In this document: positions 11,085 to 22,112 of the stretch, one piece after another
How the letters are laid out: every line of letters starts with the position of its first letter
Position numbering within the stretch: the stretch's first letter is position 1
Origin: an uncultured Lachnospiraceae bacterium
GTDB taxonomy: Bacteria; Bacillota; Clostridia; Lachnospirales; Lachnospiraceae
DNA: 64,000 nucleotides
Reading direction: 5' to 3'
NCBI GenBank assembly: GCA_902781655.1
Contig: CACZJZ010000018.1
Location: 7,119-71,118 of the forward strand
Translations under genes and position numbers: made by a program
The notes under the pieces: model-generated
The model's database searches: none
What the model was told of the DNA's origin: nothing
The model's input: only the letters and a program-made list of their open reading frames with translations

Positions 11085-12128
11085 TCATTGATGCAGCATG
11101 CTGTGATATTCGTCCATTTCCTTCCCGTTGGCATAGATGAAATGGCCGGGAAGTATTTCATGGAAGGCCGGTTTATCCACGCTGTAGTCGTGCACGGAAG
11201 GATCGTAGACAAGAAGCTTTTTGTGCTTTTCTACCTCCGGATCCGGCTGCGGGATGGCGGAGAGCAGCGCCCTCGTGTACGGGTGCAGCGGATGCAGAAA
11301 AAGTTCCTCCGACTCTGCAAGCTCCACAATCCGGCCTTTGTGGATGACGGCAATGCGGTCGCAGATAAACCGCACTACCGATAGATCATGGGCGATAAAC
11401 AGGTAGGTCAGGCCGCGTTCTTTCTGGAGGCGGCTCATCAGGTTGAGCACCTGCGCGCGGATGGAGACATCCAGTGCTGAGATCGGTTCATCGGCAATGA
11501 TGAATCTGGGATTCATCACAAGCGCCCGGGCGATTCCAATCCGCTGCCGCTGCCCGCCGGAAAACTCATGGGGGAAACGGCTTGAGAACTCAGGGAGCAG
11601 TCCGACGTCAAGAAGCGCCTGATTTACCCGCTTCGTGCGCTCCTCCTCCGTCAGATTGTGGCCCGGCGCGTACAGCCCCTCCGCGACGATATAGCCGACC
11701 TTGGCGCGCTCGTTGAGGGAACTCATCGGATCCTGAAAGATCATCTGAATGTCCCGCGTGATCTGCTGATCTTCAGCCCGGCTCAGTTTTCCGGAGATGC
11801 GCCTGCCGTCGAACCGGATTTCGCCCTTTGAGATAGGATTGATGCGGATGATGGACCGGCCGATGGTCGTCTTGCCGGAACCCGATTCGCCGACGAGACC
11901 GAAAGTCTCGCCCTGATAAATCGCAAAACTGACATCGTCGACCGCGGTGAAGGGATGGCGCTTATTGCCGAACTGCACCTGAATATGGTCGACTTCCACA
12001 AGCTTTTTTCTGCCTTGCGCGGCGCTGCTCTTATTCTGCGGCATGGCAGCATCCGTTGCATTACCTCCGCGGCAGGCGTCTTTCTCCGGCGCCGCGGAGG
12101 GCGCCGGAGAGATGGTATTTTCAGTCAT
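11085..12128 (-). CDS. oppF: Oligopeptide ABC transporter ATP-binding protein
   Basis: [31 protein letters not shown]. Confidence 0.92.
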   Translation of the reverse strand: MTENTISPAPSAAPEKDACRGGNATDAAMPQNKSSAAQGRKKLVEVDHIQVQFGNKRHPFTAVDDVSFAIYQGETFGLVGESGSGKTTIGRSIIRINPISKGEIRFDGRRISGKLSRAEDQQITRDIQMIFQDPMSSLNERAKVGYIVAEGLYAPGHNLTEEERTKRVNQALLDVGLLPEFSSRFPHEFSGGQRQRIGIARALVMNPRFIIADEPISALDVSIRAQVLNLMSRLQKERGLTYLFIAHDLSVVRFICDRIAVIHKGRIVELAESEELFLHPLHPYTRALLSAIPQPDPEVEKHKKLLVYDPSVHDYSVDKPAFHEILPGHFIYANGKEMDEYHSMLHQ

Positions 12129-13293
12129 GAGAGGCCTCCTTCTTACAGCTGACAGCCCTGCCGTCAGGGGCGGCAGAAGATATGCTGCCGGCGTCTTCTC
12201 CGGATTCCGGAACCGCGGTGCCGTATTCCGGACCGGCAACGCCGAGCGCTATTCCCTTCTCCCGCAGCATACGGATATGCTCCGGCGGGTCCATTTTCGG
12301 CGCGCGCGGATCGGCGAGCCAGCTTCTGACATAATGCGTGTCTGTGATCCGGTACATCGGAGGTCTGCGGACAAAATCAATTTTGAGCGGATGCGGGTTC
12401 CTGGCGGCGAAGGCATCGCCGTGCACCTCGTAGAACAGGTTGGGCGGCGTGCCGACGATGGTGTAAAGGTCCTGTCCCTTGATGCCGAGCTGCGGCAGGG
12501 AGGAGAGCAGCGCCCAGGTGTAGGGATGGCGGGGATCATAGAAGATCTCGTTGCAGCTTCCGGTCTCGACAAAATCGCCGGCGTACATGACCGCGATGGA
12601 GTCGGCCACATTCGCGACTACGCCGAGATCATGGGTGATGTATATGGTGGTGAGGCTGTACTTCTCCTTCATTTGCTTCAGGATGCCCAGAATCTGCGCC
12701 TGAATTGTGACATCAAGGGCTGTCGTCGGCTCGTCGCAGATGAGAATCTCGGGACGGCAGGCGACCGCGATGGCGATGACCACGCGCTGACGCATGCCGC
12801 CGGAAAACTCATGCGGATATTGATGATAGCGGCGCTCCGGGTCGCTGATGCCGACCTCGCGGAGCAGATCGAAGACACGTTTTTTCGCTTCCTCTCCGTG
12901 TACTCCCTGATGGAGTTCGACTGCCTCCTGAATCTGGTATCCGATGGTCTTCAGCGGATTGAGAGAGGTCATGGGGTCCTGCATGACCATAGCAATTTTG
13001 CCGCCGCGGATTTGAAGCCAGTCCTCATTGGACTTCAGCTTAGTCAGGTCCTGGCCATGATAAAGGATGGAACCGCCGGTGATATGCCCGTTCGGGGCGT
13101 TCAGTCCCATGAGTGTGTTGACGAAGACGGATTTCCCTGAGCCGGACTCTCCGACGATGGCAAGACTTTCTCCCTTGCGGACAGACAGGCTGATGCCGCG
13201 CAGCGCGTGCAGCACCTGACCGCGGAGGGTGAATTCAAACTGCAGATTACGAACAGAGAGCAGAGGCTCCTGTGTGCTTGTTTCCTGAGGCAT
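12121..13293 (-). CDS. oppD: Oligopeptide ABC transporter ATP-binding protein
   Basis: [28 protein letters not shown]; GGGAGAG RBS before ATG 13293. Confidence 0.92.
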   Translation of the reverse strand: MPQETSTQEPLLSVRNLQFEFTLRGQVLHALRGISLSVRKGESLAIVGESGSGKSVFVNTLMGLNAPNGHITGGSILYHGQDLTKLKSNEDWLQIRGGKIAMVMQDPMTSLNPLKTIGYQIQEAVELHQGVHGEEAKKRVFDLLREVGISDPERRYHQYPHEFSGGMRQRVVIAIAVACRPEILICDEPTTALDVTIQAQILGILKQMKEKYSLTTIYITHDLGVVANVADSIAVMYAGDFVETGSCNEIFYDPRHPYTWALLSSLPQLGIKGQDLYTIVGTPPNLFYEVHGDAFAARNPHPLKIDFVRRPPMYRITDTHYVRSWLADPRAPKMDPPEHIRMLREKGIALGVAGPEYGTAVPESGEDAGSISSAAPDGRAVSCKKEASHD

Positions 13294-13442
13294 ATGCAAC
13301 TCTCCCATTTATACCCGGTGCCGCCAGATATCGCAGCACCCCGCGGGAGAAACGTCCGGATGGGCTTTCTCCCACATCGGGACATTGGCACCACTGGCAC
13401 CAATGTCAGTCAGCAAGTGGCGAATCGGCGCCAGATGCTGGC

Positions 13443-14471
13443 TTATCTCAGATGGTTTTTCGGATCGGCGGCATCCGCGAAGGCATTGCCGACGATATAC
13501 AGAGAAATCGTAATCGTGGCCAGAATCAGGACCGGGAAGAGCAGCTGATACCGGAGATTCGGCTGGCTCATCAGGAGACGTCCGGCCTGGACCAGATTGC
13601 CGAGCGAGGGAATGTCCGTCGGCAGGCCGATGCCGATGTAGGTGACAAACACCTCGTTTCCGATGGCCTCGGGGATGGCGAGGGATACCCGCAGCGCAAT
13701 CACCGAGACGAGGTAGGGCAGCAGGTTCCGGGAGATGATTCTTCCGGTTGTGGTGCCGAGACAGCGCGACGCAAGATTGTAGTCGCGGTCGCGGATGATG
13801 ACGACCATGTTGCGGATGAAGCGGGCCATAGACAGCCAGCCGGTCAGGCAGAGGGCAAAGATGATGGTGCCGACGCCGGGATTCATGATGTAGGAGATCA
13901 GAATCAGCACCAGTGTCTGAGGAACATTATCGAAGATGTTATACAGCTCGGTGAAGAAGGTATCGAGCTTTCGGACATATCCCCACAGAAGGCCGATCAG
14001 TGTTCCGAGCACTGCCTCCACGGATGCGACAGCAAATCCGATGCCGAGAGAGGTGCGGGTTCCCGCCCAGCATCTGGACCACAGGTCCTGACCGATGGAG
14101 TTTGTGCCGAACCAGAATTCGGAATCTGGCTGCTGGTTGATGATCTGTACGCCGCCCGCGTCGTTGTAGATTGTCTTCGGGTCCTTCTGATTTGGCAGAA
14201 GCGGCTGAATGAAGGTGAAGAGCAGGACGGAGATGATCACCACCAGGAAGAAGACGGCGACTTTGTCCTGAAAGAAACAGCGGAGCGTCGCGCCCCAGTA
14301 GGAATAGTTGGAGTATCCGGCCCGTTCGGCGTTGCTCTCGTCCACAGACGCCTCTGTGAAAAGCTCTTCCTCGGACAGGCCGCGGTATTGTTCATAGGGA
14401 GAGACCTGTTTCTTTAATTCCGCGGTCAGACTCCCCTCGAGCTGGGATGATTTTAAGCCATGCAGTGTCAT
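13443..14471 (-). CDS. oppC: Oligopeptide ABC transporter permease
   Basis: FGTNSIGQDLWSRCWAGTRTSL and transmembrane segments; operon order. Confidence 0.9.
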   Translation of the reverse strand: MTLHGLKSSQLEGSLTAELKKQVSPYEQYRGLSEEELFTEASVDESNAERAGYSNYSYWGATLRCFFQDKVAVFFLVVIISVLLFTFIQPLLPNQKDPKTIYNDAGGVQIINQQPDSEFWFGTNSIGQDLWSRCWAGTRTSLGIGFAVASVEAVLGTLIGLLWGYVRKLDTFFTELYNIFDNVPQTLVLILISYIMNPGVGTIIFALCLTGWLSMARFIRNMVVIIRDRDYNLASRCLGTTTGRIISRNLLPYLVSVIALRVSLAIPEAIGNEVFVTYIGIGLPTDIPSLGNLVQAGRLLMSQPNLRYQLLFPVLILATITISLYIVGNAFADAADPKNHLR

Positions 14472-15421
14472 GCCCTGGATCCCTCCTTTGTGGTGAAACT
14501 GATGCGCGGATCGAAGATGGCCATCATAATATCGCCCAGCAGCAGTCCGACGACGGAGAGCGCGGAGTAAATGACGACAAGGGCCTCCACCATCGTGTTA
14601 TCCTGAATTTTGATGACCTGCACCAGCAGACCGCCCATGCCCGGGATGGAATACAGCGATTCCACGTACAGAGATCCCATCAGCGTGAACAGGATGGAGT
14701 TGGGAATGTATTGAATCAGAGGTACAAATGCGTTGCGGAACACATGGACGCGGCTGATCTTTCCCTCCGGAACGCCCTTGGCTCTGGCGAGGCGGATGTA
14801 ATCCTTGTTGGCCTCATCCACCATATACCGGCGCAGCCACATTGCGTAGTAGACAATGCTGCCGATCGAGAGAGAGAAGACGGGAAGAATCCATGTGTAC
14901 CATTTGTCTGCGTCAAACAGCATCGGCACGCCGAGCCACTCGCTGCCATACAGCTGAATCAGGAGATGATAGACAGCGGATGGAACCGCCTCGATGATGA
15001 CGATGAGGACCGTGCCGAATTTATCCCAGATTTTGAAGCGGGACCTGGTGGACTTGGCCATTGCAATGCCGAGCGGGATGCCCAGCGCGAGCGCGAATGC
15101 CTGCGCAAGCAGGCCGAGCTCGATAGAGACAGGAATCTTTTTCGCGATGATTTTGGCGATGGGATAGCCGGCGCGATATTTGTTCGAGACGCCGAGGTTG
15201 CCGCGGAGGAGCTGGCCAAAATATTTGGCGATCTGTACAGGGGCAGGATCCTTCAGCCCGAGCTTCTGCAGCGTGACATTGACCTGGGCCTTCGACAGCT
15301 TGTCATAGTTGTTGAAGTAGCCCTCGATCGGCATGGCCCTGAGCAGCAGCAGTACGATCGCAATGACGATGCACAGCGTGATCAGGGAATGAATGATCCG
15401 TTTGATGATGTACCTGGCCAA
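14468..15421 (-). CDS. oppB: Oligopeptide ABC transporter permease
   Basis: EAA-loop-like DYIRLARAKG...HVFRNA and VESLYSIPGMG. Confidence 0.9.
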   Translation of the reverse strand: MARYIIKRIIHSLITLCIVIAIVLLLLRAMPIEGYFNNYDKLSKAQVNVTLQKLGLKDPAPVQIAKYFGQLLRGNLGVSNKYRAGYPIAKIIAKKIPVSIELGLLAQAFALALGIPLGIAMAKSTRSRFKIWDKFGTVLIVIIEAVPSAVYHLLIQLYGSEWLGVPMLFDADKWYTWILPVFSLSIGSIVYYAMWLRRYMVDEANKDYIRLARAKGVPEGKISRVHVFRNAFVPLIQYIPNSILFTLMGSLYVESLYSIPGMGGLLVQVIKIQDNTMVEALVVIYSALSVVGLLLGDIMMAIFDPRISFTTKEGSRA

Positions 15422-15597
15422 GACGAACAGCCTCCTCTTCCATTGATGATGTATACAATTATCCCGCTAACTGCCGGAAACGTAAACCGGGAAAATGGTT
15501 AAAATTTCAAAAAACAATGCCGGGCTGGAACAGCAATATGTCTCCTGACAAGGTACGGCAGAGAGCGGAGCGGGACAGGGCGGCCGCCAGAAGACAA

Positions 15598-15630
15598 AAT
15601 CCGGCGGACGGACAAGCCGTCTGCCGGATT
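15598..15630 (-). terminator. Hairpin between oppA and oppB (terminator or mRNA stabiliser)
   Basis: AATCCGGCGGACGG / CCGTCTGCCGGATT stem, T-rich on the minus strand downstream. Confidence 0.55.
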
Positions 15631-15667
15631 CTTCGAAATCTGAGAAAAGGTATTCTCCCCGGAATAT

Positions 15668-17713
15668 TCAGTTTGCGGAGGAAGCTTCCGTAGAAGCCGC
15701 GGCCGATGCTTCTGTGGAGGACGCCGAAGCATCGGAGGAAGCGCCGCCGGCCAGGGAAGCGGCTCTCGCGGTTTCCCAATCCTTCAGGGCCTGGTTGAAC
15801 TCATCCATACTCATGGACTTGTCATGGACCGTCTGGAACTTGTAGCGCTGGTTGACCACGCCGTAAGGAGCATACTCACCCTCGAACGGGTTGATCTTGG
15901 AAACCTGATATCCGTTGCCGGCGGAGATGGAGAACGGCACCACAACCGCATGGTCGATCAGCATTTTCTCTGCTTCGGCGAACGTCTCATAGCGGGCGCT
16001 GTCGTCATCCGCAATGGCAGTGGCCTTCGCGACCTGATCGCTGTACTCCGCGAAGAGCTTCTTTGTATTCTCGTCCTCGGAGGTATCCCAGAAGTTGTAG
16101 CTGTTGTCCGCACCGAACGGCTCAGACCAGGTCTGCGGATCCGCATAATCGGCGCCCCAGTTGCACTTCATGAAGGCATAATTTCCGGAGCGGCGGACTG
16201 CGGACAGGAAGCCGGTATCAGGGCCTGCCTGTACAATGATATCGATGAAGTCAGAGCCGAGCACGCTCTCCATCTGCTGCTCCACGACCTGGCACTCCTT
16301 GTCCCAGTTGGTGACAGACGGGTTGTACGGCATCAGGACCTTGACCGGGAAGGTGCACCCGGCCTTTGTCAGCTCTTCCTTCGCCGTGTCGCGGTATTTG
16401 ACCGCGGCATCCGCGTCGAAGCTGTTGCCGGCGGTGATTTCCTTGAGCGCGTCAAACTGCGTGTAATCCTTTCCGTCTGCCGATGCAAAGTTCGCGGGGG
16501 TGATGGTGTTGTTCACCAGATTCTCCGGGTTGTAGGGTTCGGAGACAGTCAGTGCCTTGACACGGTCAAGCGCAGCCATCAGAGCCTTGCGGAAATTCTC
16601 GTTGTTTACAGCGATCTTCCAGTTGTCCGGCTCGTATTCGGCATCGAACTCGGGGTCAAAGTTGAAGCAGTAGAAGTAACTGAAGGAGACATCCGGGCGG
16701 GAGCCGTGAACCTGATCCTTGACGGAGTCATCCTTGAGCCAGGAGTCGAGCAGATCGGCGCTGATGCTCGCGGTGTCGATCTCTCCGCTCTTGTACATGG
16801 CCGCTTCCACAGAGGAGGCGTCGGCATTGTAGGTGCTCGTGATGGTCCCGATGTGTACGTTATCCTTGTCCCAGTAGGACTCGTTTTTTGTCAGAACGTG
16901 CTTCTCCTGCGGCTCGTAGGTGGAGAGAATATAAGCGCCGTTGTACCAGAGGCTTTCGTTGTCCAGACCGAAGGAATCTCCGTACTCGTCCAGGCAGGCC
17001 TGCGCGACCGGCATATAGGAGGTGTAGGAGACGATGCTCAGGAAGAACGGGCAGGGCTGATCGAGCGTGTACACCAGTGTGTAGTCGTCCGGTGCCGTGA
17101 CTCCGATGTCATCCGCAGAGGCTTCCGGGACGGGATCGATCGCGTTGCCGTCCTCATCGGTCGTCTTCGTGCCGTTATCGCTGGAGATCATGTACGCGGT
17201 GTAGTCATAATATTCCTGCGCACCCTTTACGATGGCGCCGGTGTCGTACATGTACTGGTTGTCGCATTCATGGGCGGCGTCGTTGACGTATTTTGCCGTG
17301 GTGACCCAGTCGTTCGCGGTGACGTCGGCCTTTTCCTTGCCCTTGCTGTCAACCCACTTGACGCCCTTGCGGATGTGGAAGGTCCAGACGGTCTGGTCCT
17401 CGTTCGATTCCCAGCTCTCGGCAAGACCCGGCTTGATATTGCCGTACTGATCGTAGTCAACCAGGCAGTCAATGACATTCGCGCTGATGGCATAGTCATT
17501 GGTCGTGCTCGTGGTGAGGTAGTTCAGGGTCTGTACCTCTCCGGAGTAGAGCGTGTTGAACGTAGAGCTGCCGTCCGCGGCAGCCTCGCTTCCGGAAGCT
17601 CCGGCTGGGGCGCTGCTTGTGCCGCTTCCGGACGAGCCGCTGCCGCAGGCTGCCAGAGACAGACACATGGTGCCGGCCAGGGCGCCGGCAAGGAACCTGT
17701 TTGCCTTTTTCAT
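15668..17713 (-). CDS. oppA: Oligopeptide ABC transporter substrate-binding lipoprotein
   Basis: MKKANRF signal peptide with LAAC lipobox; family 5 SBP motifs (LAESWE, WTFHIRKGVKW, WGADYADP). Confidence 0.92.
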   Translation of the reverse strand: MKKANRFLAGALAGTMCLSLAACGSGSSGSGTSSAPAGASGSEAAADGSSTFNTLYSGEVQTLNYLTTSTTNDYAISANVIDCLVDYDQYGNIKPGLAESWESNEDQTVWTFHIRKGVKWVDSKGKEKADVTANDWVTTAKYVNDAAHECDNQYMYDTGAIVKGAQEYYDYTAYMISSDNGTKTTDEDGNAIDPVPEASADDIGVTAPDDYTLVYTLDQPCPFFLSIVSYTSYMPVAQACLDEYGDSFGLDNESLWYNGAYILSTYEPQEKHVLTKNESYWDKDNVHIGTITSTYNADASSVEAAMYKSGEIDTASISADLLDSWLKDDSVKDQVHGSRPDVSFSYFYCFNFDPEFDAEYEPDNWKIAVNNENFRKALMAALDRVKALTVSEPYNPENLVNNTITPANFASADGKDYTQFDALKEITAGNSFDADAAVKYRDTAKEELTKAGCTFPVKVLMPYNPSVTNWDKECQVVEQQMESVLGSDFIDIIVQAGPDTGFLSAVRRSGNYAFMKCNWGADYADPQTWSEPFGADNSYNFWDTSEDENTKKLFAEYSDQVAKATAIADDDSARYETFAEAEKMLIDHAVVVPFSISAGNGYQVSKINPFEGEYAPYGVVNQRYKFQTVHDKSMSMDEFNQALKDWETARAASLAGGASSDASASSTEASAAASTEASSAN

Positions 17714-18105
17714 TCGAACCTCCTCTTCCGCGGAATGGCCGCGGCATGATTTTTCCGGCTCCCGGTCCTGCTGCCACCTGGATGACGCGGGAGCTGGTTC
17801 TACACATCCGATCCAGACGCTGGATTGTGTCGGAACAATTCCTGACTGAAAGCGGCGCTGAATTGGTATAATTGTATACAAATATACGTCAGAGACACTA
17901 AGCTGTCAAGATTGCCCGGAAGTTCCGGGTTTGGGTTTACCTGTAAAAGAAAGGGCTGGAAAATCGCGCTGAAGATTTCTTGAACCGCGCGTGGATTGGG
18001 TTTATTGTACCCACTGTAGCTGCAGTCATCTCTATGCGGGACAGCCGGGCAGCGTTCCCGCACAGGTCATTCAAGACAGGCACAAAAGCAGGAGGATAGG
18101 CAACC

Positions 18106-19149
18106 ATGAAGTACATCGACATGCACTGTGATACGATCTCCGAGATCTGGTATGCTACGTTGTCCGGGGACCGCGGCAATCAGTCGCTTCGGCGCAATCA
18201 TCTGATGATTGATCTTGAGAAGCTGACAAAGGGGGACTGCCTCTGCCAGAATTTCGGCCTGTTTGTCAAGCTGCATCACTTCCTTGAATATCAGAAGGAT
18301 CCCTACCGCAGCGACAGCGAGAAGGTGACAGGGGATCTTGCTCCCTATGAGACGGTGAAGCGGCTGATCGGCGTATTCCGCGAACAGATCGCAGCAAATG
18401 CGGATCGGATCCGGCAGGTGACGAACGGTGACCAGATCCGGGAGAATGATCAGGCAGGACGGATCTCCGCACTGATGACGATCGAGGAGGGTGGCTGCTG
18501 CGAGGGATCGCTGGAGCATCTTCAGGAGCTATACGATGCAGGCGCCCGGATGATGACGCTGACCTGGAATTATGAGAATGAGCTGGCCTACCCGAATTAT
18601 CCGGAGGAGGCGCATTATTTTGCCTTCGAGCCCACAAATGACCACGGCCTCAAGCCGCGCGGGCAGGAATTCGTCCGGCGGATGGGGGAGCTGGGAATGC
18701 TGGTGGATGTCTCTCATCTCTCTGACGCGGGATTCATGGATGTCGCGGCTGCGGTGAAGGGTCCTTTTGTGGCCAGTCACTCCAATGCGAGAGCGGTCTG
18801 TGGGGTGAGCCGCAATCTGACGGATGAGATGATCCGGATGCTGGCGGAGCACGGCGGTGTGATGGGCCTTAATTTCTGCAAGGAATTTCTGGCAGAGAAC
18901 ATGGGCCGGACGAGGCAGGAGATGTGCGGGGCGGCTGCGAGGCACGCGAAGCACATCATCGATGTCGGCGGAGAGGACTGCATCGGGATCGGGTCGGATT
19001 TTGACGGCATCGGTGGATATGACGATATGGATGCCACTGTGCTGCCGGAGCTGGCAGAGACGCTGGAGCATGAGGGACTTTCGCACCGGCAGGTTGAAAA
19101 GATCTTTTACGGCAATGTACTCCGCGTGTATGATGAGGTATTGAAGTAA
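18106..19149 (+). CDS. Membrane dipeptidase family (M19) peptidase
   Basis: IDMHCD, LVDVSH, ASHSN, GIGSDFDG. Confidence 0.88.
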   Translation: MKYIDMHCDTISEIWYATLSGDRGNQSLRRNHLMIDLEKLTKGDCLCQNFGLFVKLHHFLEYQKDPYRSDSEKVTGDLAPYETVKRLIGVFREQIAANADRIRQVTNGDQIRENDQAGRISALMTIEEGGCCEGSLEHLQELYDAGARMMTLTWNYENELAYPNYPEEAHYFAFEPTNDHGLKPRGQEFVRRMGELGMLVDVSHLSDAGFMDVAAAVKGPFVASHSNARAVCGVSRNLTDEMIRMLAEHGGVMGLNFCKEFLAENMGRTRQEMCGAAARHAKHIIDVGGEDCIGIGSDFDGIGGYDDMDATVLPELAETLEHEGLSHRQVEKIFYGNVLRVYDEVLK

Positions 19150-19257
19150 ACTCCCGCAGGATGCCGGCGCGGGGAAAAAGTGCAGATATACCGGAAGGCG
19201 GAGCGGACAGGAAGGCAATAGACAAAACAGATATTTATTATGGAGAGGAGAGCACAC

Positions 19258-20802
19258 ATGGAGCCATTTCACTATCAGGATTTGGAAGCACTGGGAACGA
19301 ATCTGCCGGACGACATTCTGAGCCGGAAGATGGCCGGGGATTTTGACGGAGAGCGGAGACTGATCGATCTGTGGCTCGGCAGGGACATCAGCGGGGCGCT
19401 GCGCGGCAAGCTCCGGGTGGAGCGGGAGATTTCCCGTTTCCTCGAGGCGGATTATCCATACACCTATGAGCAGGCTCTCGAAAAGGCGCGCGGTGTGCTG
19501 CCGGGCCTTACGGAGGCACAGTTTGCGCGGCTGCAGGATGAGGGACGGATCGACTGGATCTATGTCCACGGGCAGGAGCATTTCATCAGAAGCACCGCGG
19601 GGACGCTGCGGAATGATCTGGCACATGCAAAGACGCGCAGGCTGCTGGAGGAAATCGGTGCGGTGCCGCCGGCTGATAAGAACGGAAGCGGCGCCGCTGC
19701 GGCGCAGGGGACGAGCGGCAATCCGGAACCGGAGAAGGAGAGCACATGGCTGTGCTCTCTGCGGGACATGCATGAGAAGGGGAAGGACAGCTGGACCTTC
19801 CGCATCCGCTTCACGCTGAAGATCGAGGATAGCGCGTTCCGCCCGGGACATGTGAAGGTATATCTGCCGGTGGTCTGTGCGTGCGATTATGTCAGCGATA
19901 TCCGGATTCTCGAAACATCGTCGGACCAGTACGTTCTGGCGCGCGAGGATGCGCCGCAGCGGACGATTCTGTTTGAGGAGAATATGACGGAGAATCACCC
20001 GTTCTTCGTCGAGTATGAGTTCACATCCACGCCGGTCTATCATGATCTGTGGTCAGAGACGGCGAAGGAGGAGAACCGGAAGGCTTCGGCGGCGATGACG
20101 GCAGCCGGAGGCGCCGAAGGCGATGCAAAGAGGCGCGGCGGAATCGGCATTCTGCGGCCGGACGGGCCGCTGCCGGATGGTGTCAGCCCGGAGGATCTCA
20201 CGGAGCAGCTGCCGCATATCGCGTTCACTCCTTTTATGCGGAGTCTTGCGGAGAAGCTGACCGGACAGCTGGAGACGCCGCTCGAGAAAGCGCAGGCGAT
20301 CTATGACTACATCACAGAAGAGGTCACCTATTCCTATGTGCGGTCGTATTTTGCAATCGAGAATCAGGGAGAGTACTGCGCACTGAACCGCAAGGGAGAC
20401 TGCGGGCTGCAGGCGCTGATGTTCATTACGCTTGCCCGCATCGCCGGTATTCCCGCGAGATGGCAGTCAGGCAATGAGTTTGACGATTGCCCGCCTGGCT
20501 GCCACGACTGGGCTCAGATGTATCTGGCGCCGTGGGGGTGGCTTTACTGCGATCCGTCCTATGGCGGAGGAGCATTCCGCTCGGGCAGAGAGGAGAGGAG
20601 ACGCCACTATCTCGGGAACCTCGATCCGTTCCGGATCCCGTCCAACCCGGCGTTTCAGAAGCAGTTCGAGCCGCCGATGGTGTATCTGCGCCATGACCCG
20701 TACGACAACCAGTCCGGCGAGGTGGAGTATGACGACGGCAGTCTGACTGAGGCGGAGTACGATACGGAGAAGAAGCTGGTATCCCAGGTTCATCTGGGAT
20801 GA
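19258..20802 (+). CDS. Transglutaminase-like domain protein
   Basis: GDCGLQA (Cys), HDWAQ (His) and YCDPS (Asp) triad motifs; GGAG RBS. Confidence 0.8.
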   Translation: MEPFHYQDLEALGTNLPDDILSRKMAGDFDGERRLIDLWLGRDISGALRGKLRVEREISRFLEADYPYTYEQALEKARGVLPGLTEAQFARLQDEGRIDWIYVHGQEHFIRSTAGTLRNDLAHAKTRRLLEEIGAVPPADKNGSGAAAAQGTSGNPEPEKESTWLCSLRDMHEKGKDSWTFRIRFTLKIEDSAFRPGHVKVYLPVVCACDYVSDIRILETSSDQYVLAREDAPQRTILFEENMTENHPFFVEYEFTSTPVYHDLWSETAKEENRKASAAMTAAGGAEGDAKRRGGIGILRPDGPLPDGVSPEDLTEQLPHIAFTPFMRSLAEKLTGQLETPLEKAQAIYDYITEEVTYSYVRSYFAIENQGEYCALNRKGDCGLQALMFITLARIAGIPARWQSGNEFDDCPPGCHDWAQMYLAPWGWLYCDPSYGGGAFRSGREERRRHYLGNLDPFRIPSNPAFQKQFEPPMVYLRHDPYDNQSGEVEYDDGSLTEAEYDTEKKLVSQVHLG

Positions 20803-20812
20803 CGGCAGGGGT

Positions 20813-22102
20813 GTGACGGTGAAGATCGCAGGTGTGATCGCAGAATGCAATCCTTTCCATGAGGGGCACCGGTATGTGCTCGCAAAGGCCAGAGAGATCA
20901 CGGGAGCAGACCGGGTGGTCGTGCTGCTGTCGGGAGATTTCGTCCAGCGGGGTGAGCCGGCGGTGGAGCCGAAGGAGATCCGGGTGCGGCAGATTCTCGC
21001 CGGCGGTGCGGATGCCGTGCTGGAGCTGCCGGTGCTGTATGCCGCCTCAAGCGCCGAGTATTTCGCGGACGGCGCGGTGAACCTCTTTAACCGTCTCGGC
21101 GGAGTGACGGATCTGGTATTCGGTTCGGAGAGCGGCTCGCTCGAGCCACTCTCCAAAGCGGCAGATCTCCTTCTCCGGGAGCCGGAGCAGTTCCGGCAGG
21201 CACTGCGGCGGCATCTCGCGGAGGGAATGACGTATCCTGCGGCCCGGAGCGCAGCCGCGGCGGAGACTGCCGGTATCCGGCTGCCGGATACGTCCAATGA
21301 TCTGCTGGGAATGGAATATCTTCTCAGCGTTCTGCGCCTGCGGAAGGGCGGTTCGAAGGTGACATCGAATCGTCGCGTTCAAACTTGCATGAATCCCTGT
21401 GGAACCAATGTCCCGATGGGGGAAAAGTCCCCCTCGGGCATTTCTCCCGCGGAGACCGCAGAGGGCACGGCTGGCAGTGGCGCCTGCCGGTTCACACCGC
21501 ATGTGGTAAAGCGGATCAGTACGGTTTCCGCCTCTGCGCTTCGGGAAGAGCGGAGAAGGGCAGATCCGGCGGCAGTCTGTCCGGATGACTTTTCGGACAT
21601 GCTGTATTATCGGATCCGAAGCGTGCTGCAGGAGGAGCGCACGCGGCCGGGAGCGCCGGCGCTGGATGATTTTCTCGATGTCACGCCGGATTTTGCGGAC
21701 AAAATCCGGCGTGCGCTGCCGGAGTATGAGGGCTTTTCTGCCTTTACGGCGCGGCTGAAGTCGAAGGATCTCACCTATACCAGAGTGTCGCGAGCCCTGC
21801 TCCACATCCTTCTTGATATCCGGAAGAGCGACCTAGCGGCGTTCCGCCTGCCGGGCTATGTGCGGCTTCTCGGTCTCTCCGGGGATGCGGGAAAGGCGGG
21901 GGATCTGATTGGTACGCTGGCGTCTGGGCAGCTGCCGGTGATCGCGGCGCTCGGACGGGATCAGAGCAGGATACCGGCCCCCTATGAACGGATGCTGCAG
22001 ACAGATCTGTTCGCCTCGGAGCTGTACGATGCTGTCTATGCCCGGAAAACAGGGCGCACGGCGGTCCTTTCGGAGTATGCAAAGCAGGTAATCCGGGTGT
22101 AA
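20813..22102 (+). CDS. tmcAL: tRNA(Met) cytidine acetate ligase (nucleotidyltransferase family)
   Basis: IAECNPFHEGH (HIGH-like), SGDFVQRGEP, SAEYFADGAV, YTRVSRALLHILL. Confidence 0.85.
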   Translation: MTVKIAGVIAECNPFHEGHRYVLAKAREITGADRVVVLLSGDFVQRGEPAVEPKEIRVRQILAGGADAVLELPVLYAASSAEYFADGAVNLFNRLGGVTDLVFGSESGSLEPLSKAADLLLREPEQFRQALRRHLAEGMTYPAARSAAAAETAGIRLPDTSNDLLGMEYLLSVLRLRKGGSKVTSNRRVQTCMNPCGTNVPMGEKSPSGISPAETAEGTAGSGACRFTPHVVKRISTVSASALREERRRADPAAVCPDDFSDMLYYRIRSVLQEERTRPGAPALDDFLDVTPDFADKIRRALPEYEGFSAFTARLKSKDLTYTRVSRALLHILLDIRKSDLAAFRLPGYVRLLGLSGDAGKAGDLIGTLASGQLPVIAALGRDQSRIPAPYERMLQTDLFASELYDAVYARKTGRTAVLSEYAKQVIRV

Positions 22103-22112
22103 AGGAATAGAA

